From a virus (taxonomy: Duplodnaviria; Caudoviricetes), in the IMG/VR virus record IMGVR_UViG_3300006029_000035, positions 1 through 33,032 of that record: a stretch of DNA of 33,032 nt; one strand, written 5' to 3'. Shown here piece by piece: positions 10,275 to 19,867 of the stretch. Under the pieces are notes generated by a model. The model searched no databases. It was not told the origin of the DNA and saw nothing but the letters and a program-made list of their open reading frames with translations. Within the stretch, counting starts at the first letter, position 1, and the number at the start of each line of letters is the position of its first letter. Position numbers and translations under genes: made by a program.

Positions 10275-10304
10275 TGATATAATTAACAAAATAATACGTT
10301 TTAA
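10275..10304 (+). promoter_or_regulatory. putative ECF-sigma promoter, leaderless
   Basis: TGATATA-N15-CGTTTTAA with the ATG 12 nt after the C. It is closely similar to the site at 14916. Confidence 0.75.
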
Positions 10305-10308
10305 TAAT

Positions 10309-10962
10309 ATGGAAGATAACATAGATTTAGTAGAGCTGTTCATAGATGAGACAGACGATAAAGACGGAATTTTCGCTATAAGCTTTGTTCATGAGCCTGC
10401 TATAGAGGAGGACTTTATACATTTAGCACAGCACGAAATAAAGTTTCAGTCTATAAACGATGATAAGAGATTGGTAGTAGGATTAGCTTTAGTACCTGAA
10501 AAGAAGATATTAAGAGTTAACAAAGGCAAGAAGTTTAATGTAATGTTTTCAAAAGAGACAGTGCTAAAAGCCTCTCATTTGTACATGAAAAATCTTAACC
10601 TATCTAACACTACAACTAATCACGAAAGCAAGGTAAGAGACGTTACTGTAGTAGAATCATGGATTATAAATGACACTAAAAATGACAAGATAAACACCTA
10701 CGGACTAAAAGCAGTTCAGGGAGGTTGGGCTGTTATATTTAAGGTAGAGAATGATGAGGTGTGGCAGGAGGTTAAAAACGGAACTTACAAAGGATTTAGT
10801 GTAGAAGGAAAGTTCTCAGATAAATTAGTAGAAGCTTCTGTAGTTTATGATGACTCAGTAATGACAGAGAAGAGAGCTGAAGAGCTTTTAAAACTAAATA
10901 GAGAACTAACAGAGGAAGAGGCTAATGAAGTCTTAGACCTTATAAAAAGCACTTTAGCATAA
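10309..10962 (+). CDS. putative prohead protease, XkdF-like
   Basis: KRLVVGLALVPEK, H..VTVVESWI, GGW...KVEN..VWQEVKNGTYKGFSVEG motifs. Confidence 0.8.
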   Translation: MEDNIDLVELFIDETDDKDGIFAISFVHEPAIEEDFIHLAQHEIKFQSINDDKRLVVGLALVPEKKILRVNKGKKFNVMFSKETVLKASHLYMKNLNLSNTTTNHESKVRDVTVVESWIINDTKNDKINTYGLKAVQGGWAVIFKVENDEVWQEVKNGTYKGFSVEGKFSDKLVEASVVYDDSVMTEKRAEELLKLNRELTEEEANEVLDLIKSTLA

Positions 10963-11774
10963 TGGCAGACGTAATAGATTTTCAAGCTGTAGACGGTTCT
11001 TATCAGGAAAGTGTTTTAAAGAACTTAAAAGCGTTAGCAAGAAACTCAGGAGGAGGAGGAGACACAGGCCAAAGAATTAATAAGTTTGGAGAGAACTTAG
11101 ATATAGACACGGGCACCCCTGAAATAGTCGCGTACTTTGGAGGAGCTTATAATCCTCAGACGGCTGTAATAAGTACAGCAGGAACTTTCACGATAACTTA
11201 TAACAACGGGACTGACGGCTCAGCAGGAATCGGAGCAAGAGTACTTCTTATAACTTATATTGATGAGAATGATAACGAAGTAGACGGATATCATACTTTA
11301 GGGAGCTCAGGCTCTGACGTTACAACTTTCTTAGGTAAGGGAATTAATAGAGCTGTAGTTGTTTCTTTTGGGACAGGATATTACAATCAAAATAATATAA
11401 CTATAACAGCTACTGTAGGGGGTTCTACTCAAGCTATGATACCTCTTCAGTTAAGTGTTACTCAACAATGTTTATATCACGTACCAATAAATAAGACTCT
11501 TTCACTAAGCTTTATACAGATAAACGTAATAAAGACTGCAGGAGGACAGCTTCCTATAGTAAATGTTAAGCTATACTCTTATTCAAGAGTAACAGGAGGA
11601 AGATATACTGTAGCTGACTTCGATATAGACTCGAGTTTAGAGAATAGTAGAGTAATTAATTACGGAGTACCTATCACTTTTACAGGGAGAGAGGTAGTCT
11701 ATTTAGAAGCTTCTACAGACCAAAATAACACTAAGGTTTTCGCAAGATTTTCAGGAATATTAACAAACTCATAA
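10962..11774 (+). CDS. putative virion structural/decoration protein
   Basis: Gly/Thr-rich, beta-rich 270 aa with a KFGENLDIDT motif, located in the head module. Confidence 0.5.
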   Translation: MADVIDFQAVDGSYQESVLKNLKALARNSGGGGDTGQRINKFGENLDIDTGTPEIVAYFGGAYNPQTAVISTAGTFTITYNNGTDGSAGIGARVLLITYIDENDNEVDGYHTLGSSGSDVTTFLGKGINRAVVVSFGTGYYNQNNITITATVGGSTQAMIPLQLSVTQQCLYHVPINKTLSLSFIQINVIKTAGGQLPIVNVKLYSYSRVTGGRYTVADFDIDSSLENSRVINYGVPITFTGREVVYLEASTDQNNTKVFARFSGILTNS

Positions 11775-11776
11775 AT

Positions 11777-11908
11777 ATGGAAGCTAAATACTGTAAAAGA
11801 AAAAATACATACACTATTGATAAGTGCGAAGGTTGTAAGTGTGACTTTGAGAGAGCTCAGGGAATAGGAAGTCTAACAGGACAGGTAGCCTATCCACAGA
11901 TTAAATAG
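11777..11908 (+). CDS. small Cys-rich protein (43 aa, not in ORF track)
   Basis: MEAKYCKRKNTYTIDKCEGCKCDFERAQGIGSLTGQVAYPQIK. It starts 2 nt after the previous stop. Confidence 0.65.
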   Translation: MEAKYCKRKNTYTIDKCEGCKCDFERAQGIGSLTGQVAYPQIK

Positions 11909-11922
11909 TATTATCAAAGAAT

Positions 11923-11952
11923 TGATATAGAGACGCGAAGCACTCGTCTTGT
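11923..11952 (+). promoter_or_regulatory. putative ECF-sigma promoter for scaffold/capsid
   Basis: TGATATA-N15-CGTCTTGT. It shares AAAGAATTGATATA with the 10275 site. Confidence 0.7.
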
Positions 11953-11983
11953 ATTTATAATTAATATTAACAAATAAACATTT

Positions 11984-12601
11984 ATGAACAAAGCAACAGA
12001 AACACTTAATAAACTTAAAGTTTTATTAGGAATGGAAGTAGCTTTTGAATCTGCAAAGTTAGAAAACGGAACTGTATTAGAAGCTGAGAGCTTTGAGGCA
12101 GGGAACGAGGTTTTTATAGTAACAGCAGAGGAAAAAGTAGCTTTACCTGTGGGCTCTTACACTATGGAAGACGGTAAGGAATTAGTAGTAGCTGAAGAAG
12201 GATTAATCTCTGAAGTTAAAGAAGCTAATACTGAAGAAGCTCCTGTAGAAGAAGTACCTGTAGAAGAAGAAGCTGAATTAGAGAGAGTAGAGACTGCTCC
12301 TAAGAAAGTAGTAACTACAACTTCAGAGGAAGTACACTTCTCGTCAGAAGAGCTTAAAAGCCTATTCGATGAGGTAGCAGAACTTAAGTTAGCTCTATCT
12401 AAAGTTTTAGAAGCTAAAGCTACAGAGTTATCTGTAGAGGTAGAAGAAGAAGCTGAGGTTAAGACTGAAGTAGAATTATCAAAGGACGAGGAAGCTACTA
12501 AGCTTTTCGCTCATAATCCAACAAGAAAAAAAGAAACTAAACTAATCAAAGGTAAGCTCTCAAAAAAAGAGATAATCTTTCAAACAATTAACAACGCTTA
12601 A
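11984..12601 (+). CDS. putative capsid scaffolding protein
   Basis: Very acidic with a basic C-terminus, immediately upstream of the capsid gene. Confidence 0.7.
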   Translation: MNKATETLNKLKVLLGMEVAFESAKLENGTVLEAESFEAGNEVFIVTAEEKVALPVGSYTMEDGKELVVAEEGLISEVKEANTEEAPVEEVPVEEEAELERVETAPKKVVTTTSEEVHFSSEELKSLFDEVAELKLALSKVLEAKATELSVEVEEEAEVKTEVELSKDEEATKLFAHNPTRKKETKLIKGKLSKKEIIFQTINNA

Positions 12602-12604
12602 AAT

Positions 12605-13531
12605 ATGGCAACTACAACAAGTATCACAACAACTTATGCAGGAGAGCACGCAGGTAAATTTATCTCAGCCTCTCTATTAACTGCTAACACTATCATGAAT
12701 GGTGGAGTAGAAGTTAAACCTAATGTAAAGTACAAAGAGGTAATTTCAAGAATCGACACAGACGGTCTTTTAAAAGACGGTACATGTGACTTTACGGCTA
12801 CTTCTACTGTTACAAAAACAGAAAAAATATTAGAACCTAAATCGCTTCAGGTTAATTTACAAATCTGTAAAACTTCATTAAGAAATGATTGGCAGGCTAT
12901 CGAAATGGGCTTCGGAGCTTCAGACGTTATGCCTAAGTCTTTTCAGGATTACTTAATCGGATACGTAGCTGATAAAACAGCTTCAGCAGTAGAGACAGCT
13001 ATATGGAGTGGAACTGCAGGAGGAAACGGTTCTTTCGCAGGATTTGAGACTTTACTATCTTTAGATGCAGACCTACCTTCAGCAAATGAAGTAACAGGTA
13101 TTACTGTAACTTCAGGAAACGTTATTGCAGAAATGGGTAAAGTAGTTGACGCTATTCCTACTACTATGTTTGGTAAAGATGACGTTCTTTTATATATCTC
13201 TCAGGACGTGTATAGAAAGTATGTTAGAGCTTTAGGAACTTTAGGACACATCGACAGATTCAACAATCAAGAGATTGATAATTTAGTATTTGACGGAGTT
13301 AAAATCTTTGTAGCTAACGGAATGTCAGCAAATACAATGATTTGCACTCAGAAGAGTAACTTATACTTCGGTACAGGATTACTTTCAGACCACAATGAAG
13401 TATCTATCTTAGATATGGCTCAGTTAGACGGTTCTCAGAATGTACGTTATATTGCTCGCTTCACAGCAGGAGTTCAATATGGTGTCGTTGAAGATATCGT
13501 GACATACGGAATTACAAACGCTGTTAACTAA
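12605..13531 (+). CDS. major capsid protein
   Basis: 308 aa after protease and scaffold, followed by a terminator. It has TTYAGEHAG, E.AIWSG and DGSQNVR motifs. Confidence 0.8.
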   Translation: MATTTSITTTYAGEHAGKFISASLLTANTIMNGGVEVKPNVKYKEVISRIDTDGLLKDGTCDFTATSTVTKTEKILEPKSLQVNLQICKTSLRNDWQAIEMGFGASDVMPKSFQDYLIGYVADKTASAVETAIWSGTAGGNGSFAGFETLLSLDADLPSANEVTGITVTSGNVIAEMGKVVDAIPTTMFGKDDVLLYISQDVYRKYVRALGTLGHIDRFNNQEIDNLVFDGVKIFVANGMSANTMICTQKSNLYFGTGLLSDHNEVSILDMAQLDGSQNVRYIARFTAGVQYGVVEDIVTYGITNAVN

Positions 13532-13559
13532 GAAATAACTAACAGTATAATATAGTATC

Positions 13560-13592
13560 AGGGAAGGTTAAGAAATTTTCCTTCCCTTTTTT
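13560..13592 (+). terminator. intrinsic terminator after capsid gene
   Basis: AGGGAAGG...CCTTCCCT followed by a T-tract. Confidence 0.8.
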
Positions 13593-13634
13593 AATAATAA
13601 TCAGGAAATAAATTTCCTACAATACATAATAAAT

Positions 13635-14153
13635 ATGGCATGCGATTTAAGTACAGGACGCTCTCAGGCGTGTAAGTCAGTTGGAGGTCTTAAGCATATA
13701 GAGTTAGCTAACTATAATTCAGGAGGAGCTACTTTTTCTGCAGACGGTTCAATAGCTACGTTAGTAACATCTACTACTTTTTATAAATATGATTTAAGAG
13801 GAGCTAACAATACAATAGACGAAGTAGGAGAGTCATCAAGAGACAATAATTCTGCCTTCTATACAATATCAGGAACTATTCAGCTACCTTATCAGGATGA
13901 AGATACTCGTCAAGAATTAGAGACTGTAGCTAAGACAAGAGTCTTTCTAATTACTGAGGATTTTAACGGAGTAAGAAAGCTTTACGGTTTAGATGACGGC
14001 TTAGATGTCTCTATAGGTGCAAATTCAGGTGCAAATATGGGAGACTTCAACGGATACTCTTTGACTTTTTCAGGAATTAATACACAGTTAGCTCAAATGG
14101 TAGACGGAGCTACAGGAGTCTCTTTAGCAGTAACTCAAATAACTCCTAACTAA
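13635..14153 (+). CDS. putative major tail tube protein, paralog 1
   Basis: MACDLSTGR..CKSVGGLK, YKYDLRGANN, GANMGDFNGYSLTF motifs. Confidence 0.65.
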   Translation: MACDLSTGRSQACKSVGGLKHIELANYNSGGATFSADGSIATLVTSTTFYKYDLRGANNTIDEVGESSRDNNSAFYTISGTIQLPYQDEDTRQELETVAKTRVFLITEDFNGVRKLYGLDDGLDVSIGANSGANMGDFNGYSLTFSGINTQLAQMVDGATGVSLAVTQITPN

Positions 14154-14686
14154 TGGCCTGCGATATCAGTAAAGGGCGTTTAGTACCATGCAAGAACGCA
14201 GGAGGATTGAAGGCTATTCATTTTATTAATTTTAACTCAGCACTATATGAAGACTTAGAGTTAGACGCTACGACTGAAGAAGTTACAGGCTTCTCATCGT
14301 CTAATATAAGCTTATATAAATATGAGTTGAGAGGAGCTAATAATATGATAGAGACAGGAGAGACTAATGGAGATAATAACTCTGCTTTTTGGACAGGGAC
14401 AGGAGCTCTACAGTTAGCTTCTCAGAACGCTGTAACTCGAAAGGAAGTTAAGCTTATGGCTTACGGAAGACCTCACGTAATTACAGAGGGGTGGGACGGA
14501 GTATTTAAACTATATGGAGCTCAGAATGGTTGTAACGTAGCAGTAAATACAGACTCAGGAACTAACTTAGGAGATTTTAACGGATATTCTGTTAATATCA
14601 CATGCTCTGAAAAAGAGCCTGCTTTTATAGTTAGCTCAGCAATCATAGGAGACACATTTGAGTCTACTATAGTAGTTGGAGTATAA
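14153..14686 (+). CDS. putative major tail tube protein, paralog 2
   Basis: Colinear with the previous gene: MACDISKGR..CKNAGGLK, YKYELRGANN, GTNLGDFNGYSV. Confidence 0.65.
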   Translation: MACDISKGRLVPCKNAGGLKAIHFINFNSALYEDLELDATTEEVTGFSSSNISLYKYELRGANNMIETGETNGDNNSAFWTGTGALQLASQNAVTRKEVKLMAYGRPHVITEGWDGVFKLYGAQNGCNVAVNTDSGTNLGDFNGYSVNITCSEKEPAFIVSSAIIGDTFESTIVVGV

Positions 14687-14706
14687 TAAAATAAACTTAG
14701 TAAAAT

Positions 14707-14739
14707 GAAGAGGCTCTTAATTGAGTCTCTTCTTGTTTT
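14707..14739 (+). terminator. intrinsic terminator
   Basis: GAAGAGGCTC-ttaatt-GAGTCTCTTC followed by TTGTTTT. Confidence 0.75.
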
Positions 14740-14873
14740 AAAACGTCACAGAAAGTGACAAATATGAAAAAGTGTCACGATTTGAGACGTGTATCTTACT
14801 GATTAACAGCCATTATGAGCAAAAGAGGGTTACTTTATAGAACTACTATATAACTATCTTACAGGGTATCTCA
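14738..14873 (+). repeat. copy A of a ~130-bp diverged direct repeat (copy B at 28380-28540)
   Basis: AAAAGTGTCACGATTTGAGACGTGTA is identical at 14768-14793 and 28411-28436, and the flanking boxes sit at identical offsets. Confidence 0.9.
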
Positions 14874-14915
14874 CTTTTTTGAGCTGTATTATATTTGGGG
14901 AGCTTATTTTTTAAA

Positions 14916-14945
14916 TGATATATTTTACAAAATAAATCGTATTAC
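14916..14945 (+). promoter_or_regulatory. putative ECF-sigma promoter, leaderless
   Basis: TGATATA-N15-CGTATTAC with the ATG 12 nt after the C. Confidence 0.75.
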
Positions 14946-14949
14946 TTAT

Positions 14950-15351
14950 ATGATAACACTACAGGAATCAGGAGATGCACAGTCTTTTAAATTTATAGGA
15001 AGGGACGGAGTTCATTCTTTCGCAAGATTTACAGATGAGCAGTCGAATGTTAGCTATTGGATTGACTTGAACGGTATAACTGTTCAGGCAGACTACAATG
15101 AAATATCTACAGCTTTTGCTTTTATAATAGAAGACCATACATATAGCTTAAAAGTATATTCAAGCTCAGGAGATGCCTTTCTTACTTTGTCAGGCAGAGA
15201 AGTAACAGCAGTTACAGATGAAAGAGCTTTAGAGGGTACTGTCTTATTTAAAGACTTAGTTTTAGGAGTGCCTGTAGTAGATAATACTTCAGGAAACTAC
15301 TCAGACGTAGTAGAGAATGTAACAATAAACGAATATACAATCTTAGATTAA
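14950..15351 (+). CDS. hypothetical structural protein (possible head closure)
   Basis: Acidic, beta-rich 133 aa directly upstream of the portal. Confidence 0.5.
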   Translation: MITLQESGDAQSFKFIGRDGVHSFARFTDEQSNVSYWIDLNGITVQADYNEISTAFAFIIEDHTYSLKVYSSSGDAFLTLSGREVTAVTDERALEGTVLFKDLVLGVPVVDNTSGNYSDVVENVTINEYTILD

Positions 15352-15352
15352 T

Positions 15353-17113
15353 ATGGAAGAAAATCAGTATAACATAGAGATAGTAAACCTATCTTCATAT
15401 ACATCTCCTCTAATAGTAGAGAATGATAGAGACGAGGTTATAGAGTATGGAGAAGATAACAACTACTTTCAGTATCTTATAGACAGGTTTATAGGCTCTA
15501 CGACCAATCAGGCAGTCATAACTCAAATATCTAAAAAGATATATGGCAAAGGAATAGACGCTTTAGACTCAAGCAGAAAGCCTGAGCAGTACGCTCAAAT
15601 GAAGAGTTTGATTAAAGCTAAAGATTTAAGAAAGATTATCTTAGATAGAAAGCTTTTAGGAATGGGAGCTATTCAAGTAACTTATAAGAGTAAAAAAATA
15701 CACTCTATTAGTCACTTTCCTATGGAGACACTTAGAGCAGGAAAGCCTAATGATGAAGGAAAGGTGGAGAAATGGCTCTATCATGAGAATTGGACAGAAA
15801 AAAAGAGAGGTGACGATATTCAAGCTTTTCCTATTTTTGGAAGCTCTAAAGGAACTAAGACAGAGATATATATAGTATCTTCTTATACTTCAGGATATTA
15901 TTTTTATCAGCCTGTAGATTATGCAGGAGCTCTACCTTATGCTTACTTAGAGGAGCAGATAGGAGACTACCTTATCAATGATATTAACTCAGGATTCTCA
16001 GGAACTAAGATAGTAAACCTTAATAACGGAGTACCTGACAAAGAGACTCAGAGAAGAGTTAAAGCAGACATTCAGCGTAAATTCGCAGGAGCAAGAGGAG
16101 ATAAAGTTATAGTAGCTTTTAACAATAACTCAGAGTCAGCTACTACAGTAGAGAGTCTTCCTTTAGATAACGCTCCTGAACATTATGCTTATTTGTCAGA
16201 TGAGTGCAGAAACAAACTTATAACAGCTCACGCTGTAACCTCTCCTCTTTTATTAGGAATAAGAGACACAGGAGCAGGCTTAGGAAGTAATGCAGACGAG
16301 ATTAAGAACGCTTCTTTATTTTTTGATAACACAGTAATAAAGCCTTATCAGGAAGAGGTTACAGACGCTTTAAGTGAAATCTTATCAGTCAATGATATAT
16401 CTTTAGACTTATACTTTAAAACTATACAGCCTTTAGAGTTCATAGATACTGAAGGAATGACTCAAGAACAGGAAGAAGAGCAGACAGGCGTAAAGATGAG
16501 TAAGGAGCATGATTTTGATGATAAAGAGATGTTAGACAATCTTAACGGAGAAACTATAGACGCTGAAGAGTGGGAGTTGGTAGATTCGAGAGAGTATTCA
16601 GAAGAGAACTCTGACGTAGTCTCATGGGCAAACGAGAAGATAGCCACTAAGCTGTCTTTAATTCAAATGATTAAGAATGTTATAAAAAGTAATCCTAACG
16701 GAGACTCTTCTTTAGATAAGAGCTTCTATAAGGTTAGATATACTTATCAGGAGAAGTACGCTTCAGGTAATAGCAGAGAGTTCTGTAAGACCATGATGAG
16801 CAGAACAGGAAAGGGAGTAGTCTATAGAAAGGAAGATATAAACCAAGCTTCATTCTCAGGAGTAAATAAGTCACATGGGCATAAAGGCAAATCATATTCT
16901 CTTTTTCAGTACAAAGGAGGCGTGAACTGTGGCCATTTCTTTCAGGAGGAGTTATACAGATTGAAGAGTAAGACGGAGAAATATATCTCAAAAGGAAAGG
17001 AAGTAGATAAAATACCTTCTACTTATACTCCAAAAGGGACAGAATATGATAAAAGCAAAATAGCACCAAAAGACATGCCAAACAACGGACATCACCCAAA
17101 CTACAATAAATAA
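15353..17113 (+). CDS. portal protein with C-terminal extension
   Basis: YGEDNNY, YYFYQPVDY and I.AH.VTSPLLLGI...GLGSNADE portal-like motifs, plus a C-terminal SREFC...KGGVNCGHF domain. Confidence 0.8.
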   Translation: MEENQYNIEIVNLSSYTSPLIVENDRDEVIEYGEDNNYFQYLIDRFIGSTTNQAVITQISKKIYGKGIDALDSSRKPEQYAQMKSLIKAKDLRKIILDRKLLGMGAIQVTYKSKKIHSISHFPMETLRAGKPNDEGKVEKWLYHENWTEKKRGDDIQAFPIFGSSKGTKTEIYIVSSYTSGYYFYQPVDYAGALPYAYLEEQIGDYLINDINSGFSGTKIVNLNNGVPDKETQRRVKADIQRKFAGARGDKVIVAFNNNSESATTVESLPLDNAPEHYAYLSDECRNKLITAHAVTSPLLLGIRDTGAGLGSNADEIKNASLFFDNTVIKPYQEEVTDALSEILSVNDISLDLYFKTIQPLEFIDTEGMTQEQEEEQTGVKMSKEHDFDDKEMLDNLNGETIDAEEWELVDSREYSEENSDVVSWANEKIATKLSLIQMIKNVIKSNPNGDSSLDKSFYKVRYTYQEKYASGNSREFCKTMMSRTGKGVVYRKEDINQASFSGVNKSHGHKGKSYSLFQYKGGVNCGHFFQEELYRLKSKTEKYISKGKEVDKIPSTYTPKGTEYDKSKIAPKDMPNNGHHPNYNK

Positions 17114-17114
17114 G

Positions 17115-17624
17115 ATGAAAGCACTTTTTATAAGCACTCAAGATTTAAAGCGTCATAGCATAATGAATGGAAACGTAGACGCTACTAAGTTTACTCCTTA
17201 TATAGAGCAGGCTCAGGACATACATGTACAGGCCTATATAGGGACTGACTTATATGAGAAGCTTCAGGCTCTTATTATTGCAGGAACTATAGGAGACGAA
17301 GCTAACGCTGTCTATAAGACGCTTTTAGATGACTTTATAAAGCCTATGTTAGTTCAATGGAGCTTAGTGATGTTTATTCCTTTTGGAGGCATTACGTTAG
17401 CTAATGGAGGCTTATACAAGCATAGCTCAGAGAACTCTGAGACGATAACTAAAGAAGAAACGGACTATCTTCAGGAGCAAGTAAGAATAACAGCTAACAG
17501 TTATACAGATAGATTAGTACAGCACCTATGTAATAATTCTACTTTATATCCTGAGTTTACAACTAACACAGGTTCAGATATAAGTCCTAATCACAGAACT
17601 GACTTTTTAAATTGGGTAATATAA
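17115..17624 (+). CDS. putative head-tail adaptor
   Basis: Helical 169 aa after the portal, with AQDIHV..YIGTDLY and LYPEF motifs. Confidence 0.6.
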   Translation: MKALFISTQDLKRHSIMNGNVDATKFTPYIEQAQDIHVQAYIGTDLYEKLQALIIAGTIGDEANAVYKTLLDDFIKPMLVQWSLVMFIPFGGITLANGGLYKHSSENSETITKEETDYLQEQVRITANSYTDRLVQHLCNNSTLYPEFTTNTGSDISPNHRTDFLNWVI

Positions 17625-17629
17625 AAAAT

Positions 17630-19336
17630 ATGACTATACCAAAATTCTCATTAATTCCTTCAGGAAAGAAGGTAGATAAGCTTTATAGTCCCCTTCCTGC
17701 TGACGGAGGATGTGACTTTACATACATAAGAACTTATGAAGGCACTTATACAGATAAGGACGGTTTAATTAAAACAGCTGTAGCAGGAGAGCCTCGATTT
17801 GATTATAGAAATACAGAGAGAGTTACCGAAAAAAACATACTTAGATTTTCAACTACAAATCCTTCTTTGATTTATGCAGGAGGAATATCAGGAGTAGAGA
17901 ATACCTTAGCTACAACTCCATTAGGTAACACTACAGAAAGGGACGGAGGAATGATATTAGATATTACTTTATCAGGAACTATATCTCATGAATTTCAACA
18001 CACTCTGTTAGAGGCTTTAACAGTAGGAGAGACTTATACTTTAAGTATATGGATTAAGTCTGCTTTTACGAGTGATTTTCAGTTAGGCTATGTGGATAAT
18101 TTTACTGCTATAGAAAGTATTAATGCTGTCCCTTCGGGTTTAGACGAATGGGAGAGGCTAACACATACATTCACAGTCCCTGCAGGAGTTGTGACCCTAC
18201 CTCGAATAAGATTCAACGGATACTCTAATGGTAATGACGGAGAAACTTATAAACTTTGGGGAATGCAATTAGAGATAGGAGACGAGGCTACAGATTATAG
18301 TGAGAGCTTTTACCCTTCTTATAAATACAATAGAGGGCTATTAAAATGTCCTGAATTATTAATGGAGTACGCTCATCAAAATTTAGTTAAATATTCAAAT
18401 GATTTTAGCACGTCATGGACTTTAACAAATGTTGCTCGAACTCTTAACGCTACGATATCTCCTACAGGAGAAATGAATGGCGTAGAGATAAAAAATACTA
18501 ATCCTTCGAACTGCATGATTTATCAAGCTATTTCATGTACTGCTTCTACAGAATATACTATCTCTTTTTGGGTTAAGTTAGGCTCTATGCCTCGCAATAG
18601 ATTTAGAGCGATGCTTTATGATGAAACTAACGCTGCATATTTTGAAGATGACTTAATGCCTTATGATTTAAAGACTGACGAATGGACGAGAATAACTCAT
18701 ACTGTAACTACTCCTGTGGGTTGTCTTTCTTTTAGATTATATCCTTTCAGGAATAATAGCTTCTCAGAAATGGAAGGACTGACTTATTATCTATACGGGG
18801 CTCAGGTTGAATTAGGTGCTGTAGCTACTTCTTATATTCATAATGTAGATAATACGCAAAATACAAGAGCTTTAGACAGGGTTAATCCTGTTACAGGTGT
18901 AGACGTGACATCTCCTGATTGGACTGTCTTTTTAGATATAAATTTAGATGAGGCTTTTGAATCAACTAATAGATTAAGTATAGGTGACGGCACAACGAAT
19001 AATAATATTCAGCTTTTACATATAGACTCATTAAATTCCGTTAGAACAGCGGTCTACATAGGAGGCTCTTCTACAGGCTACACTTATGACGCTGACTTAG
19101 GTACGATAGGGAGAAGAGTTAAAGTGGCTATGGTATCTACAGCAGAAGGTTATGACGCTTATTTTAATGGGGCATTTGCAATATCTAAGACATCAGGCAG
19201 AGTAGATACTTCTTCTTATTCAGATATAGGATTAGACAACGGAACGAGCAATTATACAAACGGCAGGATAAGAGAATTTAGCTATTATGATACTAACCTA
19301 TCCCCTGCAGAATTAATAGAATTAACAACACTTTAG
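17630..19336 (+). CDS. tail fibre/receptor-binding protein with carbohydrate-binding-like and LamG-like domains (ATG at 17630 preferred)
   Basis: Two modules ending WGMQLEIGDEATDY and YGAQVELGAVATSY. The C-terminal NGRIREFSYYDTNLS.AEL..LT is a LamG-like ending. Confidence 0.7.
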   Translation: MTIPKFSLIPSGKKVDKLYSPLPADGGCDFTYIRTYEGTYTDKDGLIKTAVAGEPRFDYRNTERVTEKNILRFSTTNPSLIYAGGISGVENTLATTPLGNTTERDGGMILDITLSGTISHEFQHTLLEALTVGETYTLSIWIKSAFTSDFQLGYVDNFTAIESINAVPSGLDEWERLTHTFTVPAGVVTLPRIRFNGYSNGNDGETYKLWGMQLEIGDEATDYSESFYPSYKYNRGLLKCPELLMEYAHQNLVKYSNDFSTSWTLTNVARTLNATISPTGEMNGVEIKNTNPSNCMIYQAISCTASTEYTISFWVKLGSMPRNRFRAMLYDETNAAYFEDDLMPYDLKTDEWTRITHTVTTPVGCLSFRLYPFRNNSFSEMEGLTYYLYGAQVELGAVATSYIHNVDNTQNTRALDRVNPVTGVDVTSPDWTVFLDINLDEAFESTNRLSIGDGTTNNNIQLLHIDSLNSVRTAVYIGGSSTGYTYDADLGTIGRRVKVAMVSTAEGYDAYFNGAFAISKTSGRVDTSSYSDIGLDNGTSNYTNGRIREFSYYDTNLSPAELIELTTL

Positions 19337-19338
19337 AA

Positions 19339-19611
19339 ATGAGCGATAACATAGAGTACATGAAAAAAAATTGGCTTACATTCTCTAACGTGGTTGTTTT
19401 GGTTAGCTTTATGCTTTATCAGGCTAAGTGGCAGGAGAGAGTAGACTCTCAAATATCCTCTTTGCAGATAGAGGTAGCTAAGCATACTTCCGATAAGGAC
19501 GCTCATAGGCCTTTAGGGACTTCTATTCAATTATTTGTACCTCGTACAGAGTTAGACGGTAGATTAGAAAGCATCATGAGGACTTTAGAGAAGATTGATA
19601 AAAAATTATAA
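19339..19611 (+). CDS. membrane protein with coiled coil (possible holin/lysis accessory)
   Basis: One N-terminal hydrophobic segment followed by a coiled coil, next to the endolysin. Confidence 0.5.
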   Translation: MSDNIEYMKKNWLTFSNVVVLVSFMLYQAKWQERVDSQISSLQIEVAKHTSDKDAHRPLGTSIQLFVPRTELDGRLESIMRTLEKIDKKL

Positions 19612-19612
19612 T

Positions 19613-19867
19613 ATGAAAGATAAAATCACATATTTAGACTTAGTGATACCTGTATGCGTCTTATATCTTACAGGCCTATGTCTTTGGAGTTATTTTGTTA
19701 ATGGAAGATACTACAGCTACCCTATTTTCGATGTGTTTTTAGTTTTAATTTTAACTTCATTTTTAGGAGTTAGTATTATATCTTTACTGAGAGATATAGA
19801 TAGTTTAATAGGCTTTAAAAATATAACTAAATACATAGAAGATGAAATTAACAAAGAACTTCGATAA
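19613..19867 (+). CDS. two-TM membrane protein (possible holin)
   Basis: Two hydrophobic segments. The ORF overlaps the endolysin start. Confidence 0.55.
   Translation: MKDKITYLDLVIPVCVLYLTGLCLWSYFVNGRYYSYPIFDVFLVLILTSFLGVSIISLLRDIDSLIGFKNITKYIEDEINKELR

Noticed and set aside
11890-11898. DnaA-box-like CTATCCACA
   Set aside because: A single mismatched copy inside a coding sequence, as expected by chance.
14890-14897. TATATTTG as host promoter (also at 22191-22198)
   Set aside because: No TTTG at the 19-21 nt spacing, so it is not supported well enough to call.
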